Below are positions 41,211 to 54,837 of a stretch of DNA of 64,000 nt, one piece after another. Source of the DNA: Eledone cirrhosa. Taxonomy: Eukaryota. The notes beneath the pieces were generated by a model. It was not told the origin of the DNA. It did no database searches and saw nothing but the letters and a program-made list of their open reading frames with translations. The position numbers and the translations under genes are program-made. The stretch covers positions 336,164,001 through 336,228,000 of the forward strand of contig OZ024742.1 of the NCBI GenBank assembly GCA_964016885.1. Reading direction: 5' to 3'. Numbering within the stretch: the first letter of the stretch is position 1; the number at the start of each line of letters is the position of its first letter.

Positions 41211-41888
41211 TAGTAGTGATAGAAATATGAGCTAGAGGTTGATGTACGTCTGTCAGTGACGTTATGCCTATCTGTCATGCATTTATTTCATTTTTTTATG
41301 GAGCAGTGCTGTCTACAAAGTGTTTGTGTCACAGCCTCACTGTCTCACTATTCTATGGTGAATCTTACCTGAATAATGTAGAGAATCAGAAGTTTTTCTG
41401 GCTTTGATGAGAACGGCTAGTCGTTTGGATGTGTTTGTGGTGTGCATTCGCCATGACAAGCTCTTAATAAGAGAGAGAGAGAGACGTAGTGGGACGAGGG
41501 TTCTTCTAATTATATGCTGTTAAGGTTTAAAGAAGTTGAGTGGTAGTAATGTTTTAATACCCGAGACATACATTCAACAAAACAACTGAACAAGTATAAT
41601 AACAATGAATCAGCTCTTTCACTGATTGGGTTTCATACATTCGACTGGTCTGAGGTCATATTGGGTCAAAGTTTTAACATTTTTCCGTGATTATATGGAT
41701 TCTTGGACTTATTTCAATCTCTTAGTTATTGTATACACTTGTACATGTACACATACGCACCACTACCTACACACTAAATATAAACGTTGTGGTTCAAATA
41801 ATATATTTATGCAACAATTATTATTTTCAATAAACTGCCATCTTTTGCCGGAGCAATGCCGGATACCACTGCTACCCCCCCCCCATAT

Positions 41889-41949
<61 letters not shown>

Positions 41950-42595
41950 TTTATATTTCTCTCCCTATATATATATATATATATATATATAGGGAGAGAA
42001 ATATAAAGAAAGAAAAAGAGAGAGAGAGAGAGAGGGGGGAGAGATAAAAGGAAGTCTATATGGAAAGGTATACAACGTGTTTATGAATAATATAAATATT
42101 AATGTCACGCTGTGGGTATTTTAAGCTGTGATCATGTCATAGCTACCTCATTACCATTTATCTCAGAAGCTTTATCCAATATCGTTGACGTTTACTCACA
42201 TGAAAGAAAGCTAATAGTTTGTGCTTCCTTGGCGGAGGTAACTGTGATATACGCTGAAGCTGTTAACATGCATTCGAAATTCATAATTCGCTCAACGCTC
42301 TGTAAAGAAACAATACGTTTAGTTACATCTAATGGTCAATAGATATGGCATAAATTGACGGAAATGTTGTCAGCTCTCTCTGGTGTAATCGGTAGCACAG
42401 CCGTCCAGCGTATGGCATGTCTAAGCTCGAGTACCACTATGATCAAAACATGCGTTGAAGCAAGTTAACTTGAACCTAATATAAATTTGAAAATCACATG
42501 AATGCGCACACACATACAGTCATACACATATACATAAATACACACATACATACATAGATACACACGTGTACCACATACTCTATTTATAGGTGTGA

Positions 42596-42649
<54 letters not shown>

Positions 42650-42684
42650 GCCTACATGTGTGTGTGTGTGTGTGTGTGTATGAA

Positions 42685-42849
42685 ATTTAATACAGAAATG
42701 GCTTTTACAGGACTAGTAGTGTTTCGTTCTTTTCTGATGATATCTTTTGAATGAAAAGGTTGTAGTCCTGCAGAAGCCATTTCTATATTAAACTTGATGT
42801 TTACGTTCTACTAATGTATTGAGTACCTTACTAACTGTGGTTACCCTCG

Positions 42850-42850
<1 letters not shown>
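42685..42850. repeat. fold-back unit with CTGATGA...GAAA in the loop
   Basis: tttaatacagaaatggcttttacaggacta and tagtcctgcagaagccatttctatattaaa. Confidence 0.75.
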
Positions 42851-42923
<73 letters not shown>

Positions 42924-43004
42924 CTCCCCCCCATCTCTCTCTCACACACACATTTATATATATATGTATGCGTCTGTGTATCTATCTATCTATCTATCTA
43001 TCAA

Positions 43005-44743
43005 TATACATCATAGAGAGGGTTGGGAACGAACCCGGCTTTGGTGGGGCCCTGATCAACTTGGATCAATCTAAGGCATTCGATAAGGTCGACCATGGTT
43101 ACCTGGATGCGGTGCTAGCGGCGGCAGGCTTCGGACCCGTTTTCAGGGGCTGGATCAATGCCATGCACAGCAGCCGCATCTGCTCTAGGGTCAAGGTGAA
43201 CGGCTACCTCTCGGAGCCGTTCGAAATCGCGCGGTCCATCCGACAGGAGTGCCCTCTCTCCTCCCTTCTGTATGTAATGACTCTAGAGCCACTGCTGCGG
43301 AAGTTGGAGTTGTTGCAGGGCATCCCGTTGGAACCGGGATTGCGGAAAGCGGTGTCAGCCTACGCCGATGACGTAACAGTAATGGTGTCGACGGCCTCGG
43401 AAATCAGGGCGATCGGCACCTTACTGGAGGAGTACGAAAGGTTTACAGGGGCTAAGCTGAACCGGGACAAGTCGATCGGTCTGCAACTCGGCACGTGGAG
43501 GGGCAGATCGATGCCCTCCGATCGCGTCGTCGGGCGCTGGACGGAGGGCCCGGTGAAGTTGCTCGGGGTCTGGTTCGGACCAGACCTCCAGGTGGAGAAG
43601 AACTGGGGTGAGGTGACGAACAGGGTGTTTGCACTGACCCAGAAGTGGGCCGAGTGCAAACTGTCCCTGAAAGGACGGGCGGAGGTGGCGAACACTTATA
43701 TAGCGTCCGTCATCTACTACCGCCTGACCGTTGTGCCTTGCCCAAGGGTAACGCTCGCCAAAATGGAGCGCGCACTCTTCCAATTCCTTTGGAAGAAGCG
43801 GGCTCCTATGGTGAGGAGATCCATCTGCTGTCAACACCCTTCGAAAGGAGGGCTGGGGATGCCGTGGCTAATGATACGTAAACACGCATTAAAGCTACGG
43901 CACCTTCAGGTATTCCTCTCCGGTCAACTGGTGTGGGCCCCGTTTGTGAGGCGAGCCTTTCCCAGACTCGTCTCACTCACCGAGCTGCAATCCTGGGTCA
44001 AGCAAAGACCGAGAAAACTGGGCGCCTGGCACACCGAGTGTGCCCAGGCACCCACGGCTCTCTGGCAGGCGGATCCGGCTGTCAGTGGAGAATCCACCTC
44101 GTCATTCTATAGAGGGCTGGTGGTTAGCAGGTGCGACGACGCCCTCAGAGAAGCCCTAGGCATGGAGGAAGACGAACTGGCCAACCTGTTCGGTAGGACA
44201 TTCAGCCCGGGACCTATGGATAACTTCCAGAGGTCCCTGGCCTGGCAATGCTACAGAAGGGCTCTGCCCGTTCGAGAAAGGCTCTACAGACACGGGCGCC
44301 CGGGTAGGGACCCATCGAAAAAGATCTGTCCCAGATGCGTGTGCGACGAGGAAACCGTTGCACACACATTGGTACACTGCTCGGGCATTGCCGATCTGTG
44401 GGGTTATGTCGAACAACTGCTGTCAAGGGTGGGACCAATCCGGTTGACCACCGAGTCTATTGTAACGATCAAGCCGCCTCCCCTCTTCAAAAACGAAGGA
44501 GAGGCGGTGTTTCTGTGCGTAATAGCCATGGCGAAAGAGGTTGTATGGTGGACGCGTCTGAAAGGACTGATGTCAGACACCTTTCTCTCTGGCCAACAAC
44601 TGGTCCGTTTCTTCCGATATCATTTCGGAAGAAGGATCAGGATGGAGAGAGAGGTGCTGCACCCCAGCCGTTTCTATCAAAGATGGGTGAAAGTGGCGAG
44701 AATGGCCCGTGTGAATGGGCCTTCACTCTACATCAGACTATAG
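43005..44743 (+). CDS. Tx1-like ORF2 C-terminal part (RT + zf-RVT), open but N-truncated
   Basis: LDQSKAFDKVDH, IRQECPLS, YADDV, KLLGVWF, LSLKGR, KGGLGMP, CPRC..ETVAHTLVHC. Confidence 0.85.
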
Positions 44744-45006
44744 GTGAGGAAGATGAAAGACCAAGGGAGCACCCCTTCTCTGTGCTCCTGGGGAGAAGGG
44801 TTGCACACTTTTTTCGGGGGTGTGTGCGACCCCCCAAGGCGCCTCCTCTCTATTGAGGACTTTGTTATAAATTTTATTTTTTGTTATATTTTATTTTATT
44901 TTTATATATTGTTATTGCCTCCTCCTTATTGAGGACGCCTTGTTTTGTAAACTCCCCTCATTGTACTTGTCCCACTTTTGATGCCCTGGTGGCAAATAAA
45001 AGAAAC
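43005..45006 (+). mobile_element. 5'-truncated Tx1-clade (L1 group) LINE in (TCTA)n
   Basis: RT ORF, 3'UTR, AATAAA 44995-45000; TCTA repeats on both sides; GC-rich against the background. Confidence 0.9.
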
Positions 45007-45071
45007 ATATCTATCTATCTATCAATATATATATCTATCTATCTATCAATATCTATCTATCTATCTATATG

Positions 45072-45373
45072 AAAGGTGGGTGAAAGTGGCGAGAATGGCC
45101 CGAGTGAATGGGCCTTCTCTCTATATCAGCCTGTAGGTTGAGGAAAAGGAGGAGGAGAGGAAAGGAGTACAAGCTCTTCGTACTCCTGGAGATGAGGGTT
45201 GCACATTTTTTTCGGGGGTATGTGTTACCCATATAAACTGTCTCCCTCTATTGGGGAAAATTGACTAACTTTTAAATTCCATCTGTGATAACATTTTACA
45301 CGTTTTTATTGTAAGTAAACTTCCCCCTTTGTATTTGTCCCCTTCTTTTGTGCCCCTGTGGCTAATAAAGAAA
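45072..45373 (+). mobile_element. second, diverged 3' fragment of the same Tx1 family
   Basis: tgggtgaaagtggcgagaatggccc...AATAAA then (TCTA)n 45377-45470. Confidence 0.88.
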
Positions 45374-45375
45374 TA

Positions 45376-45450
<75 letters not shown>

Positions 45451-45789
45451 TTATCTATCTGTCTATCTAGCTGTCTGTTTACATCATCCACTTCACCCCC
45501 TGTTCCTTCGCATCATCATTAATAATATTTTTCCCCAGCCATTTCGATTTTTAAAAATATATTTCTACGACTTGTTTTTGTTTTACATAATTGTGTTTCT
45601 GTTGTCTATTTTTTTTTTTTTTTGTTCCTTCTTCATACACACAGTATGTGCAAAGATTGGTGCAGCTGTCAATAAAATGATATTGCCGTATAACGGAATA
45701 CATAGAATTATTTATAGAACGCAAAGGTGTTCATTCGTTCATTTTGGCTGGTCAAAGAGGAGTTAATGCCAGATACACACGCGCACACG

Positions 45790-45829
<40 letters not shown>

Positions 45830-45986
45830 CACTAATATCATTATGATCAATCGTTATACTTCTCGGCTGCCGGGCAATATATTAGTGATTAAAGTGTTTA
45901 TCCAGACACGAAATCTGAAATATGTTTATATATATATTTGTATGTATGTATGTATGTATGTATGTATGTATGTATGTATGTATGTA

Positions 45987-46043
<57 letters not shown>

Positions 46044-46064
46044 GTGCGTGTGTGCGTGCGTATA

Positions 46065-47081
46065 TATATAACTTTGATAACTTTGATAGGTTTCGGCCAG
46101 TATTGGCCCGGGTCATGTCTAACTTAATAGAACCACCTAGCGAAGTCTTACAAATCAGTGTTTGGGCACCATGGCCCACTCCAGCAGAGAGTTCTTGTCT
46201 ACGGAGGCATATCTGGGTGTAGGAGGCTTATCCGGGATTTCTTGAAGGAATTTATCCAAAGACTTCTTGAACTTGATGGGGTCTGTCTCGGCTTTGATGT
46301 GTCTTGGTGTAATGTTAAAGAGTGCAGGGCCAATTGAGGTGAAATAATTGTGCCGTATTGTTGTTATGTGATGCGAGTGAGATTTTTGCCGTGGGTGGAT
46401 TTCACGGGGCCCAAGTCTTGGGTGTACACTAAAGGTGATGCTAACATCATTTGGGCAAAGCTGGTGGAATATTTTCCACATCATACAGATAATGTAGCGC
46501 TCACGGCGACGTTGGAGAGAATAAAATTTGAGCTTTTCTAATCGACTCCAATAGTCAAGGCCTGTCATGCCATCTATCTTTTTTGTAATTGACCTTTGGG
46601 GTGCTTCAACTTTCATGATACTTTGTTTCGTGTGGGGTGACCACAGTGGACAACAGTATTCAAGGTGGGGTCGAGCAAAAGTGGAGAAGAGAAGGATAAT
46701 AGTGTGGATATCTCTCGACTGGAATGTTCTAAGAATCCAGGATCACATTCTGCGAGCCATATCAAATTTGCTGTTTATATGAGTGGCCCAGCTTATGTTG
46801 TTGTCCACAATTACTCTCAGGTCTCTGATATTATTGGAAGCCACTAGAGTTTCACCCGAAGGAAGAGAGTATGGTAGTTTCAGGGCATCCTTTTTTCCAA
46901 AGTGGATTAATTCAAATTTATCTTCATTCAACAGCATATTATTCCTTTCTGCCCATTGGATAAAAGCCAGTAGGTCTGACTGAAGGCAAATCTGGTCACC
47001 CACCTCATTGATGACCCTTTGGAGCTTGGAATCCTCTGCGAAGATTCTGATGTTGCTGTGCTTGATGATGTCAGTAATGTC

Positions 47082-47085
<4 letters not shown>
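46065..47085 (-). mobile_element. CR1-clade LINE 3' fragment
   Basis: IFAEDSKL, LQSDL..WA..N.M..N.DK, LDYWSRLEKLKFYSLQRRRERY, FKKSLDKFL. Confidence 0.88.
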
Positions 47086-47121
<36 letters not shown>

Positions 47122-47436
47122 GTGAGGTTTTAAAAAAAAAACGAGGTGTCCTACACAAGTGAAAGTATAAGGAAAAAAGATGAAATCGAAAATGCAACTG
47201 GAGTCTTTTTAAAAAAATAAAATGTTTATTTGGTTTATTTACCGGTTTCGTAGTTCTTTTCAAAAGTAGAAAAAAGTAGAATTGAGATGGAGAGTTTGTG
47301 GTTGAAAAACCACAAAACCTCCATCTCAATTCTACTTTTGAAAAGTACAAGAACTGCGAAACCGGTAAAGGAATCAAATAAACATATAAAAGAAAAAAAA
47401 GACTCCAGTTGCTTTTTCGATTTAATTTTTTTTCCT

Positions 47437-47468
<32 letters not shown>

Positions 47469-47634
47469 TCTATCTATATACACACACATATATATATATA
47501 TATGGTTTTATAAATATAGTTTCCATTTATTTAACATCATTGAATATTATACTCCAGAAAACTTGTCGAGTGTTCTGAATCAGTTATAAACATTTATATT
47601 TGTTGAATTACCAACAAATTGAATATCCCTTCTG

Positions 47635-47698
<64 letters not shown>

Positions 47699-47699
47699 A

Positions 47700-47777
<78 letters not shown>

Positions 47778-47785
47778 ATATATAT

Positions 47786-47819
<34 letters not shown>

Positions 47820-47858
47820 ATATATATTATATATATATATATATATTATATATATATA

Positions 47859-47911
<53 letters not shown>

Positions 47912-47917
<6 letters not shown>

Positions 47918-49411
47918 TTAGTCTCATTCATTCTCAGCCCCACACTCATCGACATAGTCTCAACCTCCTGCATCAAATCCTCTACCTCCTTCACTGTATT
48001 TGTCACCAAAACTATGTCGTCGGCAAATTCAACATCCGATATCTTTTTTGCCTTAACTCTCCTGCTCTGAACCGGTGCTACAGTAAAGCCAGAGTCCTGG
48101 TGTTTCTCCAGTGCAAGGCGCATACAATAGTCCACTACGATGATAAAAAGGTAGGGTGCCAATATATCTCTCTGGAGCACTCCAGCCAGTATCTCAAAGA
48201 ACTCTGTCATCCCATCAGGTGTAATGACTTGGGCTTTGGTGTTGGTGTAGAGCAGTGATATCAGGTCCACTATCTTCTTGGGGATTCCATAAGCCTGTAA
48301 GATCTTCATCAGGCAGTAACGGTCCCCAGAATCAAAGGCCTTCCTAAAGTCAATGAAAACCATGACTGCAGGAAAGCACTTTGCTCTAGCTCCCTCTAAT
48401 ATCCTCTTCAGCATCAGGATGTGACTAGTGGTTGATCTTCCCTCCCTGATGCCGTTCTGCTTGTCCCTGAGCTTCTTCTCCATCTCAGGCTGGGTCCTGT
48501 TAAGAATCATCCTGTTGAGGGTCTTTGCCACAAGTGACGTCAGTGAGATCCCCCTGTAGTTGTTGGTGTTAGAGAAATCTCCCTTCTTTAGCACTGGGAC
48601 GATGTTATTGATCCTCCACTGATTCGGGGCAACTCCTTTCTCCAGTGCCTGGTTATAGAACTCCATTATGATATCATCAAAATTACACCTCTTCATCACC
48701 TCTGATGCCACTCCATCTTCTCCATGAGCCTTGCTCTCCTTGATCTTCTTCTCGGCTCTCTGAGGCTCCTCTCTGGTAGAGAATGTTGAGAAGCCAAAGG
48801 GGATCACTAATGTAGGCGGGAAACCGCTAGAATTGGTTGAGGACTTCCTGTATTTGGGAGCAAAGATTGGGAATACGGAAGATGATGTGGTTGAGAGGAT
48901 GAGCAAGGTCTTGGCGGTGTGCCACAGCTTGAGATCGGTGTGGAAGTCGGACCTTCGTAAAGACCTGAAAATCCGCCTCTTCATTGCTGTGGTGGAGTCT
49001 GTGCTGCTGTACGGGTTTGAGACTTGGACACTGACCAAGAAACTCACTCAGATGGTGGATGCGTGCTACACGAGAATACTGAGGATGGCTCTGAACATTA
49101 ATCAGTATACACTGAAGATAAAAAACTCAGAGCTGTATGGGAGCCTCCCAAAGGTCAGCTCAAATGTGACACACAGGAGACCGAGATTAGTTGGACATGC
49201 TCACCGACATCCAGAGTTGACATTGCACTCAGTGCTCCTGTGGGAGCCCCTACATGGACACACTGGAAAAGGAAGACCAAGGTTAACGTATGTTGATGCC
49301 CTAAGGACAGACACTGGTCTGTTGGAGACACAGGACTTTGCAGCGATAATGGGGGACAGAGTCCTCTGGAGAGAACTCGTCCATGGATCTCGGGAATTTT
49401 ACCCGCCCTAG
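47912..49411. mobile_element. 5'-inverted, truncated RTE-clade LINE
   Basis: RT core on - strand 47912-48780 (NYRGISL, FIDFRKAFDS, EFADDI, GLRMNETKT); continuation on + strand 48782-49411 (VEDFLYLG, SVLLYGFETW, GRPRLTY). Confidence 0.9.
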
Positions 49412-49446
49412 ATATACATATATATATATATACATACATATATATT

Positions 49447-49603
49447 CTAGGGCGGGTAAAATTCCCGAGATCCATGGACGAGTTCTCTCCAGCGGTTTCT
49501 GTCCCTCATTATCGTTGCCAGATCCTGTGTCTCCAACAGACTAGTGTCTGTCGTTAGGGCATCAACATACGTTAACCTTGGTCTTCCCTTTCCAGTGTGA
49601 CCA
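49447..49603 (-). mobile_element. inverted 3'-end copy of the same RTE family
   Basis: rc of 49252-49412 with several substitutions; tail-to-tail across a TA tract. Confidence 0.9.
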
Positions 49604-49658
49604 TATATATATATATATGTGTATTCAGGATATATATATATATATATATGTATCCAGA

Positions 49659-49730
<72 letters not shown>

Positions 49731-49735
<5 letters not shown>

Positions 49736-49846
49736 AAAATGTTTAACCCCGACGGCAGAGCTGAAGCAGTTTCGACGGCTATTTCTGGACTGAAATAGCA
49801 TTCGAAACGGCGAGAGCTCTGCCGTCGGTGTTAATCATTTTCCTAT
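49731..49846. repeat. ~115-bp nested hairpin abutting (TA)n
   Basis: ataggaaaatg..cgacggcagagct and agctctgccgtcgg..cattttcctat; inner gctatttc/gaaatagc; CGAAAC. Confidence 0.85.
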
Positions 49847-49923
49847 TACCCACTCTACTACCCTAAGTATTGAGTACTCTGGTGCGTTAGGGTCCATCTG
49901 GTTCCTTACCACACTTCCTTCGT

Positions 49924-49957
<34 letters not shown>

Positions 49958-49994
49958 ATTCACAAGAATCAAAGCTATGTTCAAAGCATTTATT

Positions 49995-50041
49995 CACTTA
50001 CAATTGTTTCATCCAAACCTAGGCTTGAAGTCTTCGGAGCA
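49995..50041 (-). ncRNA. third, diverged hammerhead-like motif
   Basis: rc: tgct CCGAAGA c-ttcaagcc-ta-ggtttgga-t GAAA caattg TA agtg; flanks 49960-50074 homologous to 28760-28879. Confidence 0.6.
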
Positions 50042-51354
50042 TTTTTCAATGCTTGTACATATAATTGACCTCCTATCCAACGCAAGAGACATACAGATAC
50101 ATATATATATATTGATGTACAGTGGAGTGACATATATTATACTATACTATATTTGTACAGCAATTCAAATTCAAAGTCAAAATTAAAATACATGCGGCAG
50201 ATAACACAGATAATGCAAGAGAATAGTTTGATAATCAGATCTAGTAGATAGTGTATGCGTAAGTCACACATGGAGCATGCAAGTGTGTCTCATTTATATA
50301 CGATTATTGTGTGGCAAGGTGTTACATGTAATGCAAGCACTTTAAGCGGGTAAGCAAGAGTATTATGGTGGTTGTAGTGGTAGGGTATATTTTGTATAGA
50401 TCAAAAAAGTATGTGTGCAGAAAAATAAAAATAAAAAGAAAGTTATAGTTTTCTCATCCGCCACCATTTTCAGATTCAGAAAAAGGAAGTTATAGTTTTT
50501 ACATCCATCACATATGTTACGATCAATTCGTATTGAATGTTTGATGTAGTAAATGATTGTAACGTATTGAGGCTCAGTGTTATTTAATCCATATTATAGA
50601 ATAGGTTCTTTCTGCTGCGAGAATTTACAGTGGTTTATTATCCGGAAGTAGGTGTGTAATTAAGGGGAGGTAACTGGCTGATTCTCATAACTAAATTCAT
50701 TGTTCTAACATACATTATATGGTGCCTCAATTGAGTCCCTTATATAAAAGGTTATATATTTATATCTAATTTTAAATACAGTCTACTCTATCATAATGTA
50801 TTAAAGGTATCTATAGGAAGTTGATTACTCATTATTATATAATGCTATAATTGAATTTCCCACAACAAAGTGCTATATCTTTATATCAAAGTTCACTGTA
50901 CATACAGTCTACTCTCAAAACATATCAGAGGACCAATTAGAATTTTGTCTACATAACCCCTGGTAAGTTATGGAGCAGCGTACGGCTGTTTGCATGATAA
51001 AATCAAATACATCTCTTGGGTAAACAAATACATCCCTCATTTACAATGTCATTAATCTATCCATCAAGTTATACATGCATATATAACTCATATATAATTC
51101 ATTGCACCACCCTACATATAAGTTAGACAGATCCCTTATGTTAATAAATTAATCCTATATATATCTGATGTTATTACTCTATACATTTAATTACAGATGC
51201 ATATATAATTCACTGCCGTATCTAGTATTTAAAGTTTATATAGACTGTATTATATTTCAGTCACTATGTAATTATAAGTAATTTAAATTATATTAAAAGT
51301 TGGTGTTTATGGGGATATTTCTAAGGTATAAAGTTATAGATAGATAGAATGATT

Positions 51355-51402
<48 letters not shown>

Positions 51403-51564
51403 AAGAAATTAAAAGATGGTTAGAAAATGTCCATGTATTTTATTATGCTCATTTCAAAAACAAATATCATCCAGGGACGATATTTGCATTCTCATCAGAT
51501 AAAATAGGGAGACATGATATAAAGCTTAACTTAAAAAAGACACTTGTGAGCAAGGTAGTGTCTA

Positions 51565-51616
<52 letters not shown>

Positions 51617-52620
51617 TCTTTTATATTTTTTTATATATATATATATATATCTTTTATATGTTTTACCTGTTCCACCCATCCAGCTGTGTGCGTGTGCGCC
51701 TGTGTGTTTGTGTCTGTATCTGTCTGTGCATACAATCTCTTCTCCACAAATCTGACTCTGTGGCTGATGAAATATGCATTACATTGTATACGTAGAGAAA
51801 CATAACTAGGTGTGTGCTATCTTAAAGTTATTCAATATTTCTATTCCATTTTTCAAATTGACGTTGTCGTAGCTATATCTAGTATAATTCATTTTAAATG
51901 ATTAAATTTGGGGAAGCTGCTACAGCGCAATTGGATCTATAAATATCGAAATAACGATAATAGAAATGCATTGAGGTTGACGTTTAATTCCACTCCTCGT
52001 TATTTCTTCAACTTTTTCCTTCGTCAAGAAGAATTTTATCCGAAATATAAGCAACTATTAAATATTTTGAAAGTAACATTGCTTTTTTTGTGTTGTTACT
52101 TAGATATTTATAGCTCTAATTTCATTGTGGTAGTTTCTTAAAGCTAAATAATTTTTTTCATATTCCACATTGCTAGGGCGGTAGATTGATAGAATCGCTA
52201 GAGCGTCAGATAAAATGCTTTCCGGTGTTTGTTCTTGTTCTTTACACCCTGAATCAAAGCCCGCCGAGGTCAAATATTCCAACAAGTCAAATACTAAACA
52301 CGATATAATTGACTCTCCTCTCTCACAAATTGTAGGACTTGTATCTAGATTGGTAATTGAATCCCACATCGTTTCAATCAAACTTTAATACACTTTAACT
52401 TTTATAATTTTTAGTTAAGCACTTTTGTAATAAATGTTTTATTTTTATGATTTAAGATGTGCAATGTGAAGCGCATGTGTAGCTAATATTTTTGTTTAAT
52501 CTTGAGTCCGTTTAAATTTTCTAGCCTTTATTCTTCACTCAGTTGAATGCTTCTGATATTTTTATAACCACAGAAATACAGACTGTTGGAGTCAAAGTGT
52601 ATTACCTTCATTTCATTTGA

Positions 52621-52935
52621 AGGCGTGTAGCTTAGTGGTTAGAGTGTTCAGCTCAGTATCATAAGGTGGTTAGTTCGATTCCTAGAGCAGGCGGTGCATT
52701 GTGATATTCGGTAAGATACTTTATTTCACGTTGCCCCAGTTCATTCAGCTGACAAAAACGAGTTGTACTTGTAGCGTAAGGGCCAACCATGTCACACATC
52801 GTGTCACACTCAGTCTCCCTGAAAACTACGTTAAGGGCGTATGGATCTGTGGAATGCTTAGCTGCTTACACGTTAGTTTCGGTAATAGGGAGTTCCATTG
52901 ATTGAATCAACTAGAACACTTGTCGAAAATGACGG
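52621..52935 (+). mobile_element. SINE family B
   Basis: aggcgtgtagcttagtggttagag...agttcgattcc; body matches 2178-2510. Confidence 0.8.
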
Positions 52936-53642
52936 AAGTCCAATAACAACATGTATATGTTGTAAACGATGAATATCCAACAACAACAACCTTTGTTTTC
53001 TTCTTGCTTCCTTTCGTCATGTTTACGGCTATAATTTTGCTTACGGCTATAATTTTGTCCTATGAACGATTGGTGAAATATGAGATCATAGCATAAAGAT
53101 TTATATCTCATTTTGTATTGGATTAAAGGAAATATCTAACATAAATAAGACCGTCATTTGTCTTAACTAGAACGTAAACAAATCTAAACCAATCCTATGA
53201 TATCCACAAATACTAGCAAACACAAATTATTATCCTACAATCAATCCCACAGTAGCCATAAATTAATTTCAAACATGTCTTTCAAAACCATACCCCAGCC
53301 CTCCCAGTAAAACAACAGCAACAACTTATTCCAATTACTGGCGACGATCATCATCACACTGCAGTCATCGTATTACATATTTGCTTTGTTTCATATATTA
53401 AACTGATTTCAGTTACACCATACTTTTCACATACAGCGTTGCTGTAGTAATTATTCCCCCATAAACAGTATCATTCTGGTAGTTGTTATCTGATGAGGAA
53501 ACAAACGTGATTTCATGTTTAAAGGAATATTTTAAAATATTTACATGTCATACAAAGCTAAGGCTTCTAATTCAACAAATGTAGTTATATCTACATTAAA
53601 TTAATCTTATATTTTCAAGCATAAATATTTACTATTTAATTA

Positions 53643-53853
53643 ATTGGCAGTATCGGTAGAGCGTCGGACAACATTCTTTGTAGCATATAATTACGAGCCT
53701 TTACGTTCTGAGTTCAAATGCCACCGAGGTTAGCTTTGCCTTTCAATCTTACTGTGTCGATAAAATAAAGTACCAGTAACGCACTAGTGTCGTTTAATCG
53801 ACTTTGCCCTCCCCTAAAATTGCTGGCTTTGTGTCTAAATCAGAAACCATTAT
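53643..53853 (+). mobile_element. SINE family A
   Basis: family consensus. Confidence 0.85.
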
Positions 53854-54090
53854 CTAATTAATTACCTCACCAGACGCATGCACATCATGTAAGTTATAGT
53901 GGCCATTTTAGCTAAATTATATATCCTATTTGAGATATACAACGTTGCTATATATTCATTATTCCTCTCTATACAGAATCATTGTAGTTATATACAGATG
54001 GTGGCACAACTATTTCCGAACAGCTGTGTGCAGAGGAAGAGTGGAAATTCTTTACACCCCATTCTATGTAAAGCGAAGGGTTCTACTAAA

Positions 54091-54300
54091 TAATGGTTTC
54101 TACTTTAGGCACAAGGCCAGCAATTTGAGGGGGAGAGGAAAGTTGATTAAATCGACCCCAGTGCATTACTGGTGCTTTATTTTATCGACCCCGTAAGGAT
54201 GATAGGCGAAGCTAACCTCGTTGAACTCAGAACGAAAAGAACCGTAACTATATACAGCAAAGTTTGTTATCCGACTCTGTAACGATACTGCCACTCCATC
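54091..54300 (-). mobile_element. SINE family A
   Basis: rc of family consensus. Confidence 0.85.
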
Positions 54301-54354
54301 ATATATGCCGTGTTCTAGAGTAAATATTATGTATGTCTATACACGACACACAAG

Positions 54355-54434
<80 letters not shown>

Positions 54435-54436
<2 letters not shown>

Positions 54437-54784
54437 GTGTACTCCGGCATTCGCGGCCCCCATTATCGCGGAATTTTCCTTAGAACCCGACTAATAATTG
54501 TTCGTGGAAACCACCGCATATTCGCGGAATTGTAAATATCTTTTTTAATGGCTTTTTTCGTGGCAATATAAATTTTTTAACGCTAAATTATTAATAACAA
54601 TATACCAAATTTTCCGGCCTATTAGACACCCCTTCGCATAAGACGCTTCCTCTTTTTTTTAATTTTATTTTACGTTATATTTTGACGATAAATAGGCATT
54701 TTTACGGACCACGTCCAATATTCGCGGCTTTTCACTTGGTGTGGGTGCTCTAGAAACGTAACCCTCGGGAATACCGGGGGAAAA

Positions 54785-54787
<3 letters not shown>
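54435..54787. mobile_element. pogo/Tigger-like MITE
   Basis: TA|cagtgtactccggcattcgcg ... cgggaataccgggggaaaactg|TA. Confidence 0.7.

Positions 54788-54837
<50 letters not shown>

Noticed and set aside
41355-41395. Minus-strand ttcag|gtaaga
   Set aside because: Short, interrupted pyrimidine tract, a nearby upstream AG, and probably inside a decayed repeat; it shows such motifs can arise by chance.
47827-49047. 406-aa ORF as a real chimeric protein
   Set aside because: The N-terminus is antisense of the non-inverted RTE part and the C-terminus is (TA)n; it is an artefact of the inversion.
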